The notes: generated by a model not told the origin, from the sequence alone. Numbered from the stretch's first letter, positions 10,390 to 21,173 are shown. The stretch is DNA of 64,000 bases from Gammaproteobacteria bacterium (GCA_015488885.1 WFMW01000018.1:888-64887), one strand, 5' to 3'. Made by a program: numbers and translations.

Positions 10390-13300
10390 TTGGTTATATC
10401 TATAAGAACGATGAGAATGCGAAACAATTATCGCCTGCGGGTATGGTTAGCCGGTATCTGTCTGCTTTTCAGCCAGAATATTCTAGCTATTAATGTGGTG
10501 GATGTTGCCACCGGCGGGATTACCCCTGCCATGCTGGCATCGGTATTACAGGGTGGTGGCGTAACCATTTCTAATCTTACAGTTACCCATGTGGCAGGGT
10601 GCAATTCAAACGCTGGTGTGGGGATATTTACACAGGGTACCTCTCCAACCGGCCCCGGACCTGTCCTGGCTGTGCCAACGGGGGTTATCATTTCAAATGG
10701 AGCATTTAATGCTTCAGTAAACCCGTTGAACTCAGCAAATAACAGAGCAGATTCAACTAACCTTTTATGTTCAGGCACAGCCAGTGATACCGATATGAGA
10801 TCACTGGAACCCGCAACGGTTAATGGTGAATATGCCGCCATTGAATTTGATGTTACTCCTCAGTATGCAACATTAGCTATTCCATTTCAGTTTGGTTCAG
10901 ATGAATTTCCTGAATATGTCTGTACCGCTTTTAATGATGTTGTCGGTATTTTTGTCAGCGGAATGGGTATTAACGGGCCCTATTCTGGTAGTTTAAAAGC
11001 AGAGAATTTTGCTAAAACAGCTTCCGGTGATTTATCATCGATCAACTGGGTAAACACAGGTGTTGTTGGACAGTATGGAAACATTACTTCCTGCGGCAGT
11101 TTGCTGAATGCCCCCTATTACACCGATAATAGCAATGGTAATCCACTTGGTGGAAATACAACGGTTGCAACGACTAACACAAATCTTCAGGTTGATGGCT
11201 ATACCAATACCTTATATAAACCGATTAGCGTTGTACCCGGTCAGACCTACCACGTTAAAATAGCCGTTGCAGATGCGGGCGATCGGATCTATGACTCATC
11301 TGCTTTCATTCAGCCAATCTTTAGCAGTGGTACATTTAGTGGTTTTGATTTTGGCGACGCTCCGAACAGTTATCAGACATTAACATCAAATGGTGGAGCC
11401 AGCCACGGTATTAACGGTGCTATCTATATGGGAAATAATGCGCCGGATACAGAGGTTACCGGCTCACCTTCCATCAATGCAGATGCGGATGATATTAGCG
11501 GAATTGATGATGAAGATGGTATTAGTTCTTTTCCGTTGCTGACCACCTCAGCAAGCAGTTATAGCGTAACGGTAAAAGTTACTAATAACACAGGAAAAAA
11601 TGCCCGGCTTGTCGGCTGGATAGATTTTAATAAAAACGGTCGCTTTGATGCAACGGAAGGTGCTAGTCTGTTTGTACCCAGCGGGATGAACGGTACTAAT
11701 GTCACCCTGAACTGGACGGGTTTAACCGGCCTGGTTGCCGGTAAAACCTATGCACGTTTTCGGCTATCTACCGACAATAATTTATCAACCTTATTGCCAG
11801 GCAGCACCCTGTCTGATGGTGAGGTGGAAGATTATCCGGTTACTATTTATGGGGTAAAATTCACTAAATATACCAGTACTAACCCCACCTGTAATGATAC
11901 CCTGACAACCTTAACTGTTGCACCCGGCAGCAGTATTTATTATTGCTACACAGTAACGAATCCGAATACTATTCCGTTTACGATAAACCCCGGTAATACC
12001 AGCGACGATCATGGGCATAATCTGTCTGCGCTGGAGCAGAACTATTCGCCTGGTGCCAGTAAAACAGTAATTATTGGCCCTATTCTGGCAGGCAGTAGCC
12101 AGTTGCCTGATGGCGGTACCACGGTTAATACGGCACAGGTAATTGCGACATTCGGCAGCAATAATACGACCCACATTGCGAGCGCAACGGTGACCGTTAT
12201 TAAAAACCCACCAGCCAGTGGTATCAAACAGCTTTACCTTGATACGCTTAATGGCACACCTGAACTTACCCGAGTGGTTCCCCAGAATAATACCCGAAGC
12301 AGTAATATAAATGCAGGCCAGTCAATGAGCATTAATCAGCTTATTCATTTTCAACTTCCTTTTGTTATTAGTAGCGGCAGTACGGTAAATATTAAATTAT
12401 GGTTGCGTAATCGTGGCGGCAGTGGCAATCGTACAGCACAGGTGACTTTGTATCATGGTCAAACCGGTACTTTGATTGGCAGTGCCTCACAAACCTGGAC
12501 AGGACGACAATATTTAAGCTTTCCCGTCAGTATCACAGGTGCCCAAACTTTTGCCAAGGGTGATTTTATCCGGCTTGTTATTAAAAACATTAGTAGTAAT
12601 GGTCGGGATATTCGCATCGAATCCATAAAAAACGGTAATATTTCACAATTGCAGATACAGACAACAACCGTCATTAATGTTGATAGTATAAAAGTCTATT
12701 CAACCGCATGGCCAGCAACAACGAGCTTTCCCTCCTATAAACCGGGTAGTACGGTATTTATCCGTGCATCTGTCAGTGATCCGTTTGGTTATGCCGATAT
12801 CAATAGTGCTACCATGACATTAACTGATTCTGCGGCGGGGCTTGTGCTGAATAATGTGAGCATGACATCAGTTGCTACCCCATCTGGTTCAAGCCGGGTG
12901 TATGAATACGCCTACACGATTCCAGCCGCACCACAGGGAATCTGGACAATTAAGGTTAAGGCGAATGAAGGCACAGAAGGAAAAATTTCACACACAGCTC
13001 AGGCTACCATGGTTGTTGGATTACCAGCCATTACTATCAGTAAAAATACCGCAGTGTTATCCGACCCGGTTAATACCTCAAAACCAAAATCCATACCTGG
13101 TTCAATTATAGAATATACGGTTAATATCAAAAACTCGGGGTTTGGTTATGTGGATGCAAATTCAATTGTTATTACCGACCCTGTGCCGGCAGGTACAACT
13201 TTTTATTTTGGTAACCCACTAAAGCCGGTTACGTTTATTGATGGAGCAACGCCAAGTGGAATCAGTGGAATCAACATTAGCAGTCTGGCCAGCACCACAG

Positions 13301-13485
13301 ATGATATTGATTTCTCCAATGATGGTGGTACAACATTTATAACGCCACAGGTTGACAGTAATGGTTTTGATATAACAGCACCGCCAATTAATTTTATTCG
13401 TATAAACCCTAAGGGTATATTTAATGGTAGTGACGGTATTAATCAACCATCAATGAACATCAAGTTTAGAGTTCGGGTAAATTAA
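10390..13485 (+). CDS. Large secreted surface protein: choice-of-anchor L, GEVED (CshA-like) and DUF11 domains
   Basis: Signal peptide (true start probably ATG 10411/10417); FGSDEFPEY..FNDVVGIFVSG..IAVADAGDRIYDS; DFGDAP..GWIDFNKNGRFD..GEVEDY; PKSIPGSIIEYTVNIKNSG..ITDPVPAGT; Thr/Gly/Asn-rich. Confidence 0.8.
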   Translation: MVISIRTMRMRNNYRLRVWLAGICLLFSQNILAINVVDVATGGITPAMLASVLQGGGVTISNLTVTHVAGCNSNAGVGIFTQGTSPTGPGPVLAVPTGVIISNGAFNASVNPLNSANNRADSTNLLCSGTASDTDMRSLEPATVNGEYAAIEFDVTPQYATLAIPFQFGSDEFPEYVCTAFNDVVGIFVSGMGINGPYSGSLKAENFAKTASGDLSSINWVNTGVVGQYGNITSCGSLLNAPYYTDNSNGNPLGGNTTVATTNTNLQVDGYTNTLYKPISVVPGQTYHVKIAVADAGDRIYDSSAFIQPIFSSGTFSGFDFGDAPNSYQTLTSNGGASHGINGAIYMGNNAPDTEVTGSPSINADADDISGIDDEDGISSFPLLTTSASSYSVTVKVTNNTGKNARLVGWIDFNKNGRFDATEGASLFVPSGMNGTNVTLNWTGLTGLVAGKTYARFRLSTDNNLSTLLPGSTLSDGEVEDYPVTIYGVKFTKYTSTNPTCNDTLTTLTVAPGSSIYYCYTVTNPNTIPFTINPGNTSDDHGHNLSALEQNYSPGASKTVIIGPILAGSSQLPDGGTTVNTAQVIATFGSNNTTHIASATVTVIKNPPASGIKQLYLDTLNGTPELTRVVPQNNTRSSNINAGQSMSINQLIHFQLPFVISSGSTVNIKLWLRNRGGSGNRTAQVTLYHGQTGTLIGSASQTWTGRQYLSFPVSITGAQTFAKGDFIRLVIKNISSNGRDIRIESIKNGNISQLQIQTTTVINVDSIKVYSTAWPATTSFPSYKPGSTVFIRASVSDPFGYADINSATMTLTDSAAGLVLNNVSMTSVATPSGSSRVYEYAYTIPAAPQGIWTIKVKANEGTEGKISHTAQATMVVGLPAITISKNTAVLSDPVNTSKPKSIPGSIIEYTVNIKNSGFGYVDANSIVITDPVPAGTTFYFGNPLKPVTFIDGATPSGISGINISSLASTTDDIDFSNDGGTTFITPQVDSNGFDITAPPINFIRINPKGIFNGSDGINQPSMNIKFRVRVN

Positions 13486-13515
13486 GTTGAGATAGTCTTA
13501 TTTTTAATAATATTC

Positions 13516-16014
13516 CTATGCAGCCAGTGAATGAATAACTTTTCCTAAAGCAAAATCGAAAGCAGAGTGATCGGCAATGAGTTTTGAGCGACCATCATTT
13601 AATTCTTCTATAAATTGACTGGCATCTTTTTCTATTACCTTAACACCACGACGATCAACAAATATGAGTCTGGCCGATTCTGTTAAGATCACTGATAGTT
13701 TTAAGCGACGTACAGCTCTACCTTCACCATTGTATATTTCATACCAGTCACCGGGACGTGCCTGGTTACCAAGTTGTGCAATTTTATCTTTTGCCAGATT
13801 GATTTTTTCCTGTACAGTTTGAGCTTCACTGTCAAGAGCTTCATCATTATCCTTGATTTCGATAAATATTTTATCTTCATTGTCGTTATGTTGATTACCC
13901 GCTGAATCGCTGGTTTTATCAACAAATGACAGAACATTATCCAGAGACGATTCATCTGCAACAGATGATAATTGCTGGTCTTTTTCCTGAATAATCTTAA
14001 AGTCGTAATCATCAATCATATTTTTAAATATATGATCCAGTAAAGTTATCTGATGATTAACTTCTTTTTGTTCCTGATCGGTTTGAGACAGCTCATCATT
14101 CACCGCCTCTATAAGAGCCTGATGATTATTTTTTAATAACATATATTGTGTTTTTTCATTAACGGGTTGCACACATTTAAGAAGTAGTTTTAGTAAGAGT
14201 ACCGATTGTAGCCATTCAATACTATCTTTGCCTTTTTTGATATATTGATTTAACATCAATGTTGACCAGTGTTTTAACACCAGAGGACGAATTTTCCTCG
14301 GTAGTTTTTTTCGGGATGAAAGAATTTTCAGTTTACCCACCACGACTTCACGCGCATGCGCTTTGATAATGGCACGCTGTTCAGCCCGTTCAGTTTCTTT
14401 AACCAGTTTTTCCTCATTAGAAATTAATTGCTGTAGTGATTCAACCGCTTCTTCAAAGACAGCCATGTCAATGTCAAAGGTATCGATTATATGGTTTACA
14501 ATAAGTTCTAGCTCACCATAAACGCGATCGGCTTCACTGGTTATGCCTTTACCAGCATCTGTCACCAGATTTAAAACATGTCGTGCTGGATGATTTTCGT
14601 GGGTAAATAAAGACTGGTCAAGCATAGCAACTTTTATAACAGGTATCTGTAAGCGCATAATCAGACTACTAATAACCTTAGAGATACTTTCATCACTGGT
14701 AATGGCATTAAACATCATACCAACAAAATCGATACTTCTTTCATCAAGCACATTTACCTGTTTATCAACAATCCCACCGTTCTGTGTGCCAATGTCAGCA
14801 AGTAATTCACGTTTAATTGACTCCGCATCAATTAACTGAGTATTAATCGTTCTTTGTGGTATTTCTCCGTCAGTATTGTCTGATGTGGCTGTGGTTTCCT
14901 GCATTAAGTTATGTTGCAACCGAGATAAAGCCAGCATAACTTCATTACGTTTATAATAATGTTTTCCATCTGCTGCAGTCTGACTGGCTAATCTGGAGAA
15001 AGAATCAGGAATGCCGGGGCCCTGTATTACTGCATCACCATTTAAAAACTGGGTAATAACCTGGCTGGTTTTATTGTATAGCGGATTATTAACAAAACTA
15101 TCCTGACTATTCTTAAATAGCCCCGCAGCAGTCTGATTATTGCATGATTCGTCGTTGTCTGAATGATTGCTTGCTGATGAAAAAGCTGATGCATTATGCT
15201 CTGTACTGGCAGAACCACCATGATAATCTTTTTGTTGATGCTGGTTGATATTTTCGTTATATACTTCACCGGATTTTCTGACTACTTTTGGGGTGTTTTC
15301 TGTATCTTCCTCATCGTCAAAAAAGACATCGTCTTTTGAGGTTTTAAGCACGATTTCAGGCAATACGCCTGCATCAATGAATAATTTATTTAATGCTTTA
15401 TAGAGTACCCCAAGTTTACTGTTTATTGAATCATTATACAGGCGAAACAAAATTAATTTTGTTTCTATACTCTGATCCATGTCAATAAGTGTTCGAGAAT
15501 ATATTTCACATAAACTTTTCGGTTCGATAGACGTTTTGTCAAACACATCAACAGCATTAATTTCCAGATATTCCAGACGTGCCTGGAGATGATTAATTTC
15601 ATCACTGAATCTATTCATTGCCTGTGAATGCATTGTGGTTATGGCCACCATTTCTTCCATCTCATCCTGACCGACCAGGCTAAGCTCATCATTACTGGAA
15701 GATGTTACCGGGGTTTCGTTATTTGCCCCGAGTGATTGATTTAAGGTAACGAAAAACTGGTTTTTTATTGTTGACTGATGTTTGTTGAGAAACTGAATGG
15801 TATCCAGATAAAGCATCTGTTTTTTATTGGAGCTGGCTTTTTCAGAAAGTCTGAATAAGCGGTCACCCGCTGTTTTAAGCATTTGATTTATTAAAATTAT
15901 CAAATGCTCATTCAGGCAGGTATAAAGATTTTCAACCAGCGTGTTGTAGTCTTTCTGTACCGGCGTTGAAGTAGCTGAAGAGGTAAGTACCGACGATTGA
16001 CTATATGGACTCAT
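13516..16014 (-). CDS. DUF1631 family protein
   Basis: 832 aa; ELSLVGQDEMEE, LQIPVIKVAM..FTHENHPARHVLN, C-terminal PGDWYEI..LKLS..FVDRRGVKV. Confidence 0.85.
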   Translation of the reverse strand: MSPYSQSSVLTSSATSTPVQKDYNTLVENLYTCLNEHLIILINQMLKTAGDRLFRLSEKASSNKKQMLYLDTIQFLNKHQSTIKNQFFVTLNQSLGANNETPVTSSSNDELSLVGQDEMEEMVAITTMHSQAMNRFSDEINHLQARLEYLEINAVDVFDKTSIEPKSLCEIYSRTLIDMDQSIETKLILFRLYNDSINSKLGVLYKALNKLFIDAGVLPEIVLKTSKDDVFFDDEEDTENTPKVVRKSGEVYNENINQHQQKDYHGGSASTEHNASAFSSASNHSDNDESCNNQTAAGLFKNSQDSFVNNPLYNKTSQVITQFLNGDAVIQGPGIPDSFSRLASQTAADGKHYYKRNEVMLALSRLQHNLMQETTATSDNTDGEIPQRTINTQLIDAESIKRELLADIGTQNGGIVDKQVNVLDERSIDFVGMMFNAITSDESISKVISSLIMRLQIPVIKVAMLDQSLFTHENHPARHVLNLVTDAGKGITSEADRVYGELELIVNHIIDTFDIDMAVFEEAVESLQQLISNEEKLVKETERAEQRAIIKAHAREVVVGKLKILSSRKKLPRKIRPLVLKHWSTLMLNQYIKKGKDSIEWLQSVLLLKLLLKCVQPVNEKTQYMLLKNNHQALIEAVNDELSQTDQEQKEVNHQITLLDHIFKNMIDDYDFKIIQEKDQQLSSVADESSLDNVLSFVDKTSDSAGNQHNDNEDKIFIEIKDNDEALDSEAQTVQEKINLAKDKIAQLGNQARPGDWYEIYNGEGRAVRRLKLSVILTESARLIFVDRRGVKVIEKDASQFIEELNDGRSKLIADHSAFDFALGKVIHSLAA

Positions 16015-16410
16015 ATCAAATGCTCCAAAACAACTTGATTACAAAGTAACCATAAATATTCTGGTAAAATATTAAAAAATAGCTGAAATCGCTATTTATA
16101 ATTTAATAATCCAGTCAAATATTTAATGATTATTTATTGTTTTAAGCATTTTTTCTGTTTGTTGTGAGGGTTCGTTCAAACAGATGTAAGTAATGAATTA
16201 CGTTAACTCTACTTTGTATATTATTGATATTTAATGATTATACTTATTTTAAAGGCAGTTGAAACTAAAAGGCCACCTGTTAATGTAGTAACTATAGAGA
16301 AACCTTGACGAAATTTCAACAAAAATTGTGAATACTCAACAGCTATTTCACGATGAACTGACAGACGGTATATAACTGATAAATAATCCGACAGTTTTTA
16401 TGATTAATGA

Positions 16411-16668
16411 TTAATTATTCTTATCAAATAAAAATTTAAAAATAATCAACAATGTACTCATTAAAAAAATTAGTGCAGCACCAACCAGTAACGGTGTATT
16501 ACCAGTTATGGAAGCCTGCAATACCCAGAAGCCATTACCAATAACCGATAATATGAGCATCGATAGAGAAAGATCACGAGTCTTTCTGCTTTGTAATGCC
16601 TTAATGATTTGTGGTACCAGAATCAAGGTACAAAAAAATGATGCCAGCCAGCCAGATATAACTTCCAT
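16411..16668 (-). CDS. SemiSWEET/PQ-loop small transporter
   Basis: 85 aa, 3 TM; LVPQIIK..TRDLSL. Confidence 0.85.
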   Translation of the reverse strand: MEVISGWLASFFCTLILVPQIIKALQSRKTRDLSLSMLILSVIGNGFWVLQASITGNTPLLVGAALIFLMSTLLIIFKFLFDKNN

Positions 16669-16803
16669 AAATTTTCTCTTAGAAATAGAACAGGCTAATA
16701 ATACTAAAATTAACAGTATCTATTTCATCTATTTTTAATGGCTAATTAAATGATAGGATACGAATAAAATTAACATCGTCTGAAAACTTAAATAAACCTT
16801 CTG

Positions 16804-18141
16804 ATGCAAACAATTAGTCATTTTATTCAGCAACTTAATGCCCTTGTATGGGGGCCAGCAATGCTGGTGCTTATTTTAGGTACGGGTCTGTATTTAATGA
16901 CAGGCTTGAAACTGCTGCCATTACGCCGACTGAAATATGGCTTCAGCATGTTGTGGCAGGGGCGTTCTTCTTCGGGCGATGGTGACATTGCGCCCTTTAA
17001 TGCACTGATGACTTCCTTATCCGCTACCATTGGTACCGGAAATATTGCTGGTGTTGCCACGGCCATCTTTCTGGGTGGTCCTGGCGCTCTGTTCTGGATG
17101 TGGTGTACCGCACTGGTAGGAATGGCCACCAAATATGCTGAAGCGGTTCTTGCAGTGCACTTCAGAGAAGTAGATGCCAATGGGAATTTTATTGGTGGGC
17201 CTATGTTTTACATCAAAAATGGTCTGGGTACCCACTGGAAATGGTTGGGCACAGGCTTTGCCATATTTGGCGGTATTGCCGGCTTTGGTATTGGCAATAC
17301 CATTCAGGCCAATTCTGTTGCTGATGCACTGCAACGTCAATTTGAAATCCCCCCTTTTTTAACCGGACTGGTAATGGCAGGCCTGGTTGCACTGGTTTTA
17401 ATTGGTGGTATTCGTCGGATTGCTGACGTAGCAGGTAAGCTGGTGCCGGTAATGGCAATCAGTTATTTCATTGCGGGTATTGTAGTGCTGGCGCTGAAGT
17501 TTAATAACCTGCCTGCCGCTTTCGATTTAATTCTTAGCCATGCTTTTACGCCGGTTGCCGCCAGTGGCGGTTTTGCTGGTGCAGCGGTCTGGGCGGCGAT
17601 TCGGTTCGGGGTGGCACGGGGTATTTTTTCTAACGAAGCTGGTCTGGGTAGTGCGCCAATTGCTCATGCCGCCGCTGCCACGGATAATGCGGTGCGTCAG
17701 GGAACGATTGCCATGCTGGGCACCTTTATTGATACGATTATCATCTGCTCGATTACCGGTCTGGTTATTATTGTCAGTGGCAGCTGGAACAGTGGTGCAA
17801 CGGGTGCAAGCTTATCAACACAGGCATTTGAACACATACTGCCGGGTATTGGTGGTTATATTGTTTCATTGGGATTAGCCGTATTTGCTTTTACCACGGT
17901 TATTGGCTGGAGTTTTTATGGCGAGAAATGCAGTGAATATCTGTTTGGCATTCGTGCCATTATTCCTTTTAGAATTCTCTGGGTACTGGTTATACCGCTG
18001 GGTGCCAGTGCGAATCTATCATTTATCTGGCTGATAGCTGATACTCTGAACGCACTGATGGCTATACCTAATCTGATTGCATTGATTTTATTAAGTCCTG
18101 TTGTATTTAAATTATCACAGGTTTATTTTCAAAAGCATTGA
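16804..18141 (+). CDS. Sodium:alanine/glycine symporter (AgcS family)
   Basis: ATIGTGNIAGVA, GGPGALFWMW, GGPMFY, RGIFSNEAGLGSAP, LMAIPNLIAL. Confidence 0.95.
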   Translation: MQTISHFIQQLNALVWGPAMLVLILGTGLYLMTGLKLLPLRRLKYGFSMLWQGRSSSGDGDIAPFNALMTSLSATIGTGNIAGVATAIFLGGPGALFWMWCTALVGMATKYAEAVLAVHFREVDANGNFIGGPMFYIKNGLGTHWKWLGTGFAIFGGIAGFGIGNTIQANSVADALQRQFEIPPFLTGLVMAGLVALVLIGGIRRIADVAGKLVPVMAISYFIAGIVVLALKFNNLPAAFDLILSHAFTPVAASGGFAGAAVWAAIRFGVARGIFSNEAGLGSAPIAHAAAATDNAVRQGTIAMLGTFIDTIIICSITGLVIIVSGSWNSGATGASLSTQAFEHILPGIGGYIVSLGLAVFAFTTVIGWSFYGEKCSEYLFGIRAIIPFRILWVLVIPLGASANLSFIWLIADTLNALMAIPNLIALILLSPVVFKLSQVYFQKH

Positions 18142-18169
18142 CTTTGTATATTTAATTGACGTATTAAAC

Positions 18170-18187
18170 CGTTCAGCTTTCGTTCAG
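18170..18187 (+). promoter_or_regulatory. PhoP-type direct-repeat box
   Basis: CGTTCAG-CTTTC-GTTCAG fits the Pseudomonas PhoP consensus GTTCAG-N5-RTTCAG; about 60 bp upstream of the His-rich gene. Confidence 0.75.
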
Positions 18188-18248
18188 CCGTTTAACGATA
18201 ATCTACCTGCATCGGGTAATCACCCGGTATGAATATGATTATTGGAGA

Positions 18249-18677
18249 ATGGTTATGAACATTATCAAAGCATCTAAATATAACGCTAAAATCCTGTCTG
18301 CCAGTGCGCTGCTACTTGCCGTTGCCAGCCTGATATTTACACCCCTGACTGTATCGGCGCATGAACATGAAGACCATCATGGCAGGCAGACAGCGAATTA
18401 TGGTCATCACGGACACAGAATCGGGCATGTTAATCAACAGCACCACTGGCATAAAAAGGCGCATAACAGGTATAATCGCCACAATAGAAGACATCATTCA
18501 TATAAACATTATGTACGCAATGAGTATTATTATCCACGTCCCCGCTACATTGATCGTGATGATTATATTATTATTGAGCATAATGATTACTACCCACGTT
18601 CCTACCGTTTACTCGATCGTCTGGGCTTTTCACTGGGTTTGTATGGCGATGATTTTGATATTATTCTGCATGATTAA
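18249..18677 (+). CDS. Secreted His/Tyr/Arg-rich hypothetical protein
   Basis: GGAG RBS; signal peptide ending VSA; 18 His in the roughly 105-aa mature part. Confidence 0.75.
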   Translation: MVMNIIKASKYNAKILSASALLLAVASLIFTPLTVSAHEHEDHHGRQTANYGHHGHRIGHVNQQHHWHKKAHNRYNRHNRRHHSYKHYVRNEYYYPRPRYIDRDDYIIIEHNDYYPRSYRLLDRLGFSLGLYGDDFDIILHD

Positions 18678-18717
18678 AATGGCGCCAGTTAAGGCAGCTC
18701 TGAATACGATAATTTTT

Positions 18718-18759
18718 ACCGGGGATGCCCTGACTGATCAGAGTATCCCCGGTTTATTT
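18718..18759 (+). terminator. Intrinsic terminator between the His-rich gene and pepSY-phoPQ
   Basis: ACCGGGGATGCCCTGA...TCAGAGTATCCCCGGT stem followed by TTATTT. Confidence 0.7.
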
Positions 18760-18785
18760 CAACGGGTTAAATACCCCTTACTGTA

Positions 18786-19034
18786 ATGAAATCCAGGCTA
18801 TATTGTTTTTTTCTCTTGCTGGTATTGGCCGCTCCGGCAATCTCTGCACAGACAGATTTACTGAGCAAACAGCAGGCTGTAAATATAGCCAGACAAGTTT
18901 ATCCCGGGCGTGTGCTGGCAGTAAAACAAAACGGTACTATATTCAGGGTTAAAACGCTTAGTAAAAATGGCGATGTCCACATTATTATTATTGATGCTCG
19001 CAGTGGTGAAGTCATCAATCATCCTGATGACTAA
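18786..19034 (+). CDS. Small secreted PepSY-domain protein
   Basis: Signal peptide; LSKQQAVNIA..PGRVL..IIIDARSGEV. Confidence 0.85.
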   Translation: MKSRLYCFFLLLVLAAPAISAQTDLLSKQQAVNIARQVYPGRVLAVKQNGTIFRVKTLSKNGDVHIIIIDARSGEVINHPDD

Positions 19035-19076
19035 TGCGGATACTGTACAGCAGTAACGACTTTTGAGGGATTCTCA

Positions 19077-19763
19077 GTGCGTATTCTTGTTATTGAAGAT
19101 GAACCGGCGTTACTGGCAGCGATAAAAAATCGTCTCCAGGCTGAAGCCTACATGGTCGATACCAGTAATGACGGCAATGAAGGCTATTATTTTGCCACTG
19201 AATATCCACTGGATGCCGCGATTATCGATATTGGTCTGCCCGGCATGTCCGGCATTGAGATTATAAAGAAACTCCGTGCTGAGGGTAACCTGCTTCCTGT
19301 CTTGATTCTGACAGCACGTAGTCGCTGGCAGGAAAAGGTAGAAGGACTGGAAGCCGGCGCTGATGATTATCTGGTCAAACCTTTCCAGACAGAAGAACTG
19401 TTGGCACGTCTGAAGGCACTGTTACGCCGCGCCAGCAGGAGTCCTACCACCGAGTTAAGCTGTCGTGGCATTACGCTTAAACCTGATACGCAACAGGTTT
19501 TCCGCGATATCTCTCAGCACCGGCAACCGATTGAGGTGACTGCGTTTGAATATCGTCTGCTGGAATACCTTATGCGCCACTCAAATGAAGCGGTATCCAA
19601 AATCAGGTTAGCGGATTATCTCTACCCGCATGACGATGATCGGGACAGCAATGTTATTGAAGTATTAATCGGGCGTTTGCGTAAAAAACTGGACCCTGAT
19701 GGTAGTCTGTTACCGATTGAAACCCTGCGTAACCGGGGCTATCGTTTCACACTGTGTGATTAA
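19077..19763 (+). CDS. phoP: OmpR-family response regulator, PhoP-like
   Basis: GTG start; IEDE, IDIGLPG, LTARSRWQEKVEGLEAGADDY, RDSNVIEVLIGRLRKKL. Confidence 0.85.
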   Translation: MRILVIEDEPALLAAIKNRLQAEAYMVDTSNDGNEGYYFATEYPLDAAIIDIGLPGMSGIEIIKKLRAEGNLLPVLILTARSRWQEKVEGLEAGADDYLVKPFQTEELLARLKALLRRASRSPTTELSCRGITLKPDTQQVFRDISQHRQPIEVTAFEYRLLEYLMRHSNEAVSKIRLADYLYPHDDDRDSNVIEVLIGRLRKKLDPDGSLLPIETLRNRGYRFTLCD

Positions 19764-19800
19764 AATGAAATTTACCAGCCTGACCTGACAATCGCCGTTT

Positions 19801-21138
19801 ATGTCACTTAGAAAACGCATTATTATTAGCGCAAGCCTGGTGCTGGCTGTTTTTATCAGCCTCACTGTTATGGCGCTTGACCGGGCTTTTATCGACAGCA
19901 CCGAAAGTGCATTGCACGATAAGCTGGTCAGTCAGGTGTATGCTTTAATGGCTGCCGCCGATATCACTGATAACAGCATACAGATGCCATCAAACCAGCT
20001 CGATGCCCTGCTCGGCCTGCCTGCTTCGGGCATGTATGCATTCATTACCGATGCCCATAATACTGTCCTCTGGAAATCCGCCTCCGCGCTGAATGCCACA
20101 CCACCCCGGCCGCTCAGTCTGGCAAAAGGTCAGCATTTATTTAAAAGAATCAGTCACAACCATAACAATTATTACCTGTATGCCTACGGCGTGAACTGGA
20201 TTACGCAACAGCAGCCACTGGCATTGACCTTTAATATTATCACCGATACAAAAAGTTTTACCAGGCAGATTAATCACTATCGGAAAACTTTATGGAGCTG
20301 GTTACTGGCGATGGCTGTGCTGCTATTGGTCAGCCAGGCAATCATCCTGCGCTGGGGATTATCGCCATTAATGCAGGTTAGTGATGAACTGAGCGCCATT
20401 GAATCCGGCAAACAGCAACACATAATACAGCAATATCCGCAGGAAATTAAAAGACTTAGCAATAAGATCAATAGCCTGTTAAAGCACGAGCGGGAGCAGA
20501 AAACCCGCTATCGAAATGCTCTGGGTGATCTGGCGCACAGTTTAAAAACCCCGCTGGCTATTTTACAAAACAGTATCAATGACATGTCTATCGAGCAGAT
20601 AGAAAACAGCAGGCAGCAAATCAGCCGGATGAATACCATTATTGAGTACCAGCTACAACGTGCTGCCACCAGCGGTGCAACCGGCAGTAGCAAAAATGTC
20701 AATCTGGAAAAGGCCGTTACCCGGATTACTGATGCTTTACAGAAAGTCTACCGGGATAAAAACATTCATGTTGACATCCAGGTAGACAAGGCCCTGTTTT
20801 TTTATGGTGATGAGGAGGATCTCATGGAGTTGCTGGGTAACCTGCTGGATAACGCATTCAAATGGGCCAGGCATAACGTCGACATACAGGCCCGGCAAAA
20901 CACACAGGATCAAAACCTTGTAATACACATCAGTGATGATGGCCCTGGTATCAAATCCGCACAGATAAATAGCATATTACAGCGCGGCATACGCGCCGAC
21001 CAGTGTACTGCCGGACAGGGTATTGGTCTGTCCATAGTGAAGGATATCGTCGATGCTTACAATGGACGTTTAATAATTGAAAAAAGCCAGCCGGGTGGCG
21101 CCAGAATAATAATCACACTGCCACTATTATCGCACTGA
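19801..21138 (+). CDS. phoQ: Sensor histidine kinase, PhoQ-like
   Basis: Two TMs, HAMP, RYRNALGDLAHSLKTPL, GNLLDNAFKW, DDGPG, GQGIGL. Confidence 0.85.
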   Translation: MSLRKRIIISASLVLAVFISLTVMALDRAFIDSTESALHDKLVSQVYALMAAADITDNSIQMPSNQLDALLGLPASGMYAFITDAHNTVLWKSASALNATPPRPLSLAKGQHLFKRISHNHNNYYLYAYGVNWITQQQPLALTFNIITDTKSFTRQINHYRKTLWSWLLAMAVLLLVSQAIILRWGLSPLMQVSDELSAIESGKQQHIIQQYPQEIKRLSNKINSLLKHEREQKTRYRNALGDLAHSLKTPLAILQNSINDMSIEQIENSRQQISRMNTIIEYQLQRAATSGATGSSKNVNLEKAVTRITDALQKVYRDKNIHVDIQVDKALFFYGDEEDLMELLGNLLDNAFKWARHNVDIQARQNTQDQNLVIHISDDGPGIKSAQINSILQRGIRADQCTAGQGIGLSIVKDIVDAYNGRLIIEKSQPGGARIIITLPLLSH

Positions 21139-21155
21139 TACTCTGCAATACATTC

Positions 21156-21173
21156 TGTTCAGCCTTCATTCAG
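21156..21173 (+). promoter_or_regulatory. Second PhoP-type box
   Basis: TGTTCAG-CCTTC-ATTCAG, about 75 bp upstream of the 21248 start. Confidence 0.7.

Noticed and set aside
16669-16803. Glycine riboswitch upstream of the AgcS symporter
   Set aside because: Only 135 bp, AT-rich, with no recognisable aptamer motifs or stems
18361-18786. 141-aa Ile/Met-rich alternative-frame ORF over the His-rich gene
   Set aside because: Frame shadow of CAT/TAT-rich codons; the 18249 frame has the RBS and signal peptide, and this ORF runs through the terminator
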